Shown here: piece after piece, positions 63,553-64,000 of the stretch
How the letters are laid out: each line of letters begins with the position of its first letter
Position numbering within the stretch: position 1 is the first letter of the stretch
Origin: Rhodospirillales bacterium
GTDB taxonomy: Bacteria; Pseudomonadota; Alphaproteobacteria; Bin95
DNA: 64,000 bases
Assembly: GCA_038143065.1 (NCBI GenBank)
Contig: JAYQLI010000035.1
Coordinates: 640,001-704,000, forward strand
Reading direction: 5' to 3'
Program-made: the position numbers and the translations under genes
Notes under the pieces: generated by a model
Seen by the model: only the letters and a program-made list of their open reading frames with translations
Databases searched by the model: none
What the model was told of the DNA's origin: nothing

Positions 63553-64000
63553 CTAACTCTCCGCCCTAACCATGGTGAAAAAGTCAACTTTGGTAGCGCC
63601 AGCCTTCCGACGAGCCTTTAAATGACGTGCACTTTCTTCATCTTTGAGCGGATTAATAATGGATCTTAAGATCTCTTCCCTCCTGTGCGTTTGTAATAAA
63701 GCATCACAAATAGCGGCGGATTTAGCTTTTTCGATATCCCGACCCTGGACATATGCATGTCCAACAATATTAGGCGATGAGTTAAGAGTTACTGCGCAGC
63801 GAGTAACGCTCATTTCGCCAACGGAGAAATACTTGGCCGGTACCACCTGCACGCCCACGCGTCATCACCGCTCCAACCTCTGGTTGCCTCAACCAATTAA
63901 ACTCAGGCAATTCGCCCAAGCTTTTGATTAATTTGGCCAACGATGAAGCAGATGCTCTTGTGAGCACACCCATCCATTCCGCTCTTGAGGCGTTTGCGGA
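63553..64000 (-). CDS. phnG: C-P lyase subunit (5' end outside the window; frameshift near 63825)
   Basis: R..WM.VL, LRQPEVG.VM.RGRAGGTG, GEMSVTRC, DALLQ, TKVDFFTMVR. Confidence 0.92.

Noticed and set aside
1-64000. CRISPR arrays, tRNA/rRNA genes, IS elements, integrases, prophage or defence genes
   Set aside because: No regularly spaced repeats, tRNA-like sequences or transposase/integrase motifs were recognised by eye. A covariance-model scan would be needed to exclude small RNAs.

Overview
Gene-dense chromosomal segment, most likely from a marine-type alphaproteobacterium. This is inferred from the Shemin-pathway hemA, the phaC / alaC-hom-glpX-recJ arrangement and the pyrB-pyrC-plsY synteny. 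About 25 genes, including core housekeeping genes, are split by single-base indels or isolated in-frame stops of all three types. This points to an error-rich long read or unpolished assembly rather than real pseudogenes, so split genes are reported as reconstructed units. Contents from left to right: (1) a pentaheme c-type cytochrome, an orphan outer-membrane beta-barrel and a membrane-anchored FAD/NAD(P)H-[2Fe-2S] reductase; (2) a btuB-btuF-btuC-btuD-tonB operon under a cobalamin riboswitch; (3) a small AT-rich patch with DUF2256 and a secreted orphan; (4) catabolic and housekeeping genes (CoA transferase, pepF, ubiB-like, LLM oxidoreductase, rluB, rsmD, corA, TfdA-like dioxygenase, rpiA, recJ, glpX, hom, phaC, pyrB, pyrC, plsY, hemA, GGT, RND pump); (5) two separate amidohydrolase-fold plus Rieske ferredoxin loci that look like dinuclear-metal monooxygenases rather than hydrolases; (6) a C-P lyase operon phnGHIJKLM-DUF1045 with a convergent phnN preceded by a candidate Pho box. 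No rRNA, tRNA, CRISPR array or transposase was recognised. The best candidates for undescribed systems are the cytochrome-porin-reductase cluster (6-4718) and the two amidohydrolase/Rieske oxygenase-like loci (35881-37872 and 52824-56995). All family calls come from motif recognition by eye; no database search was run.
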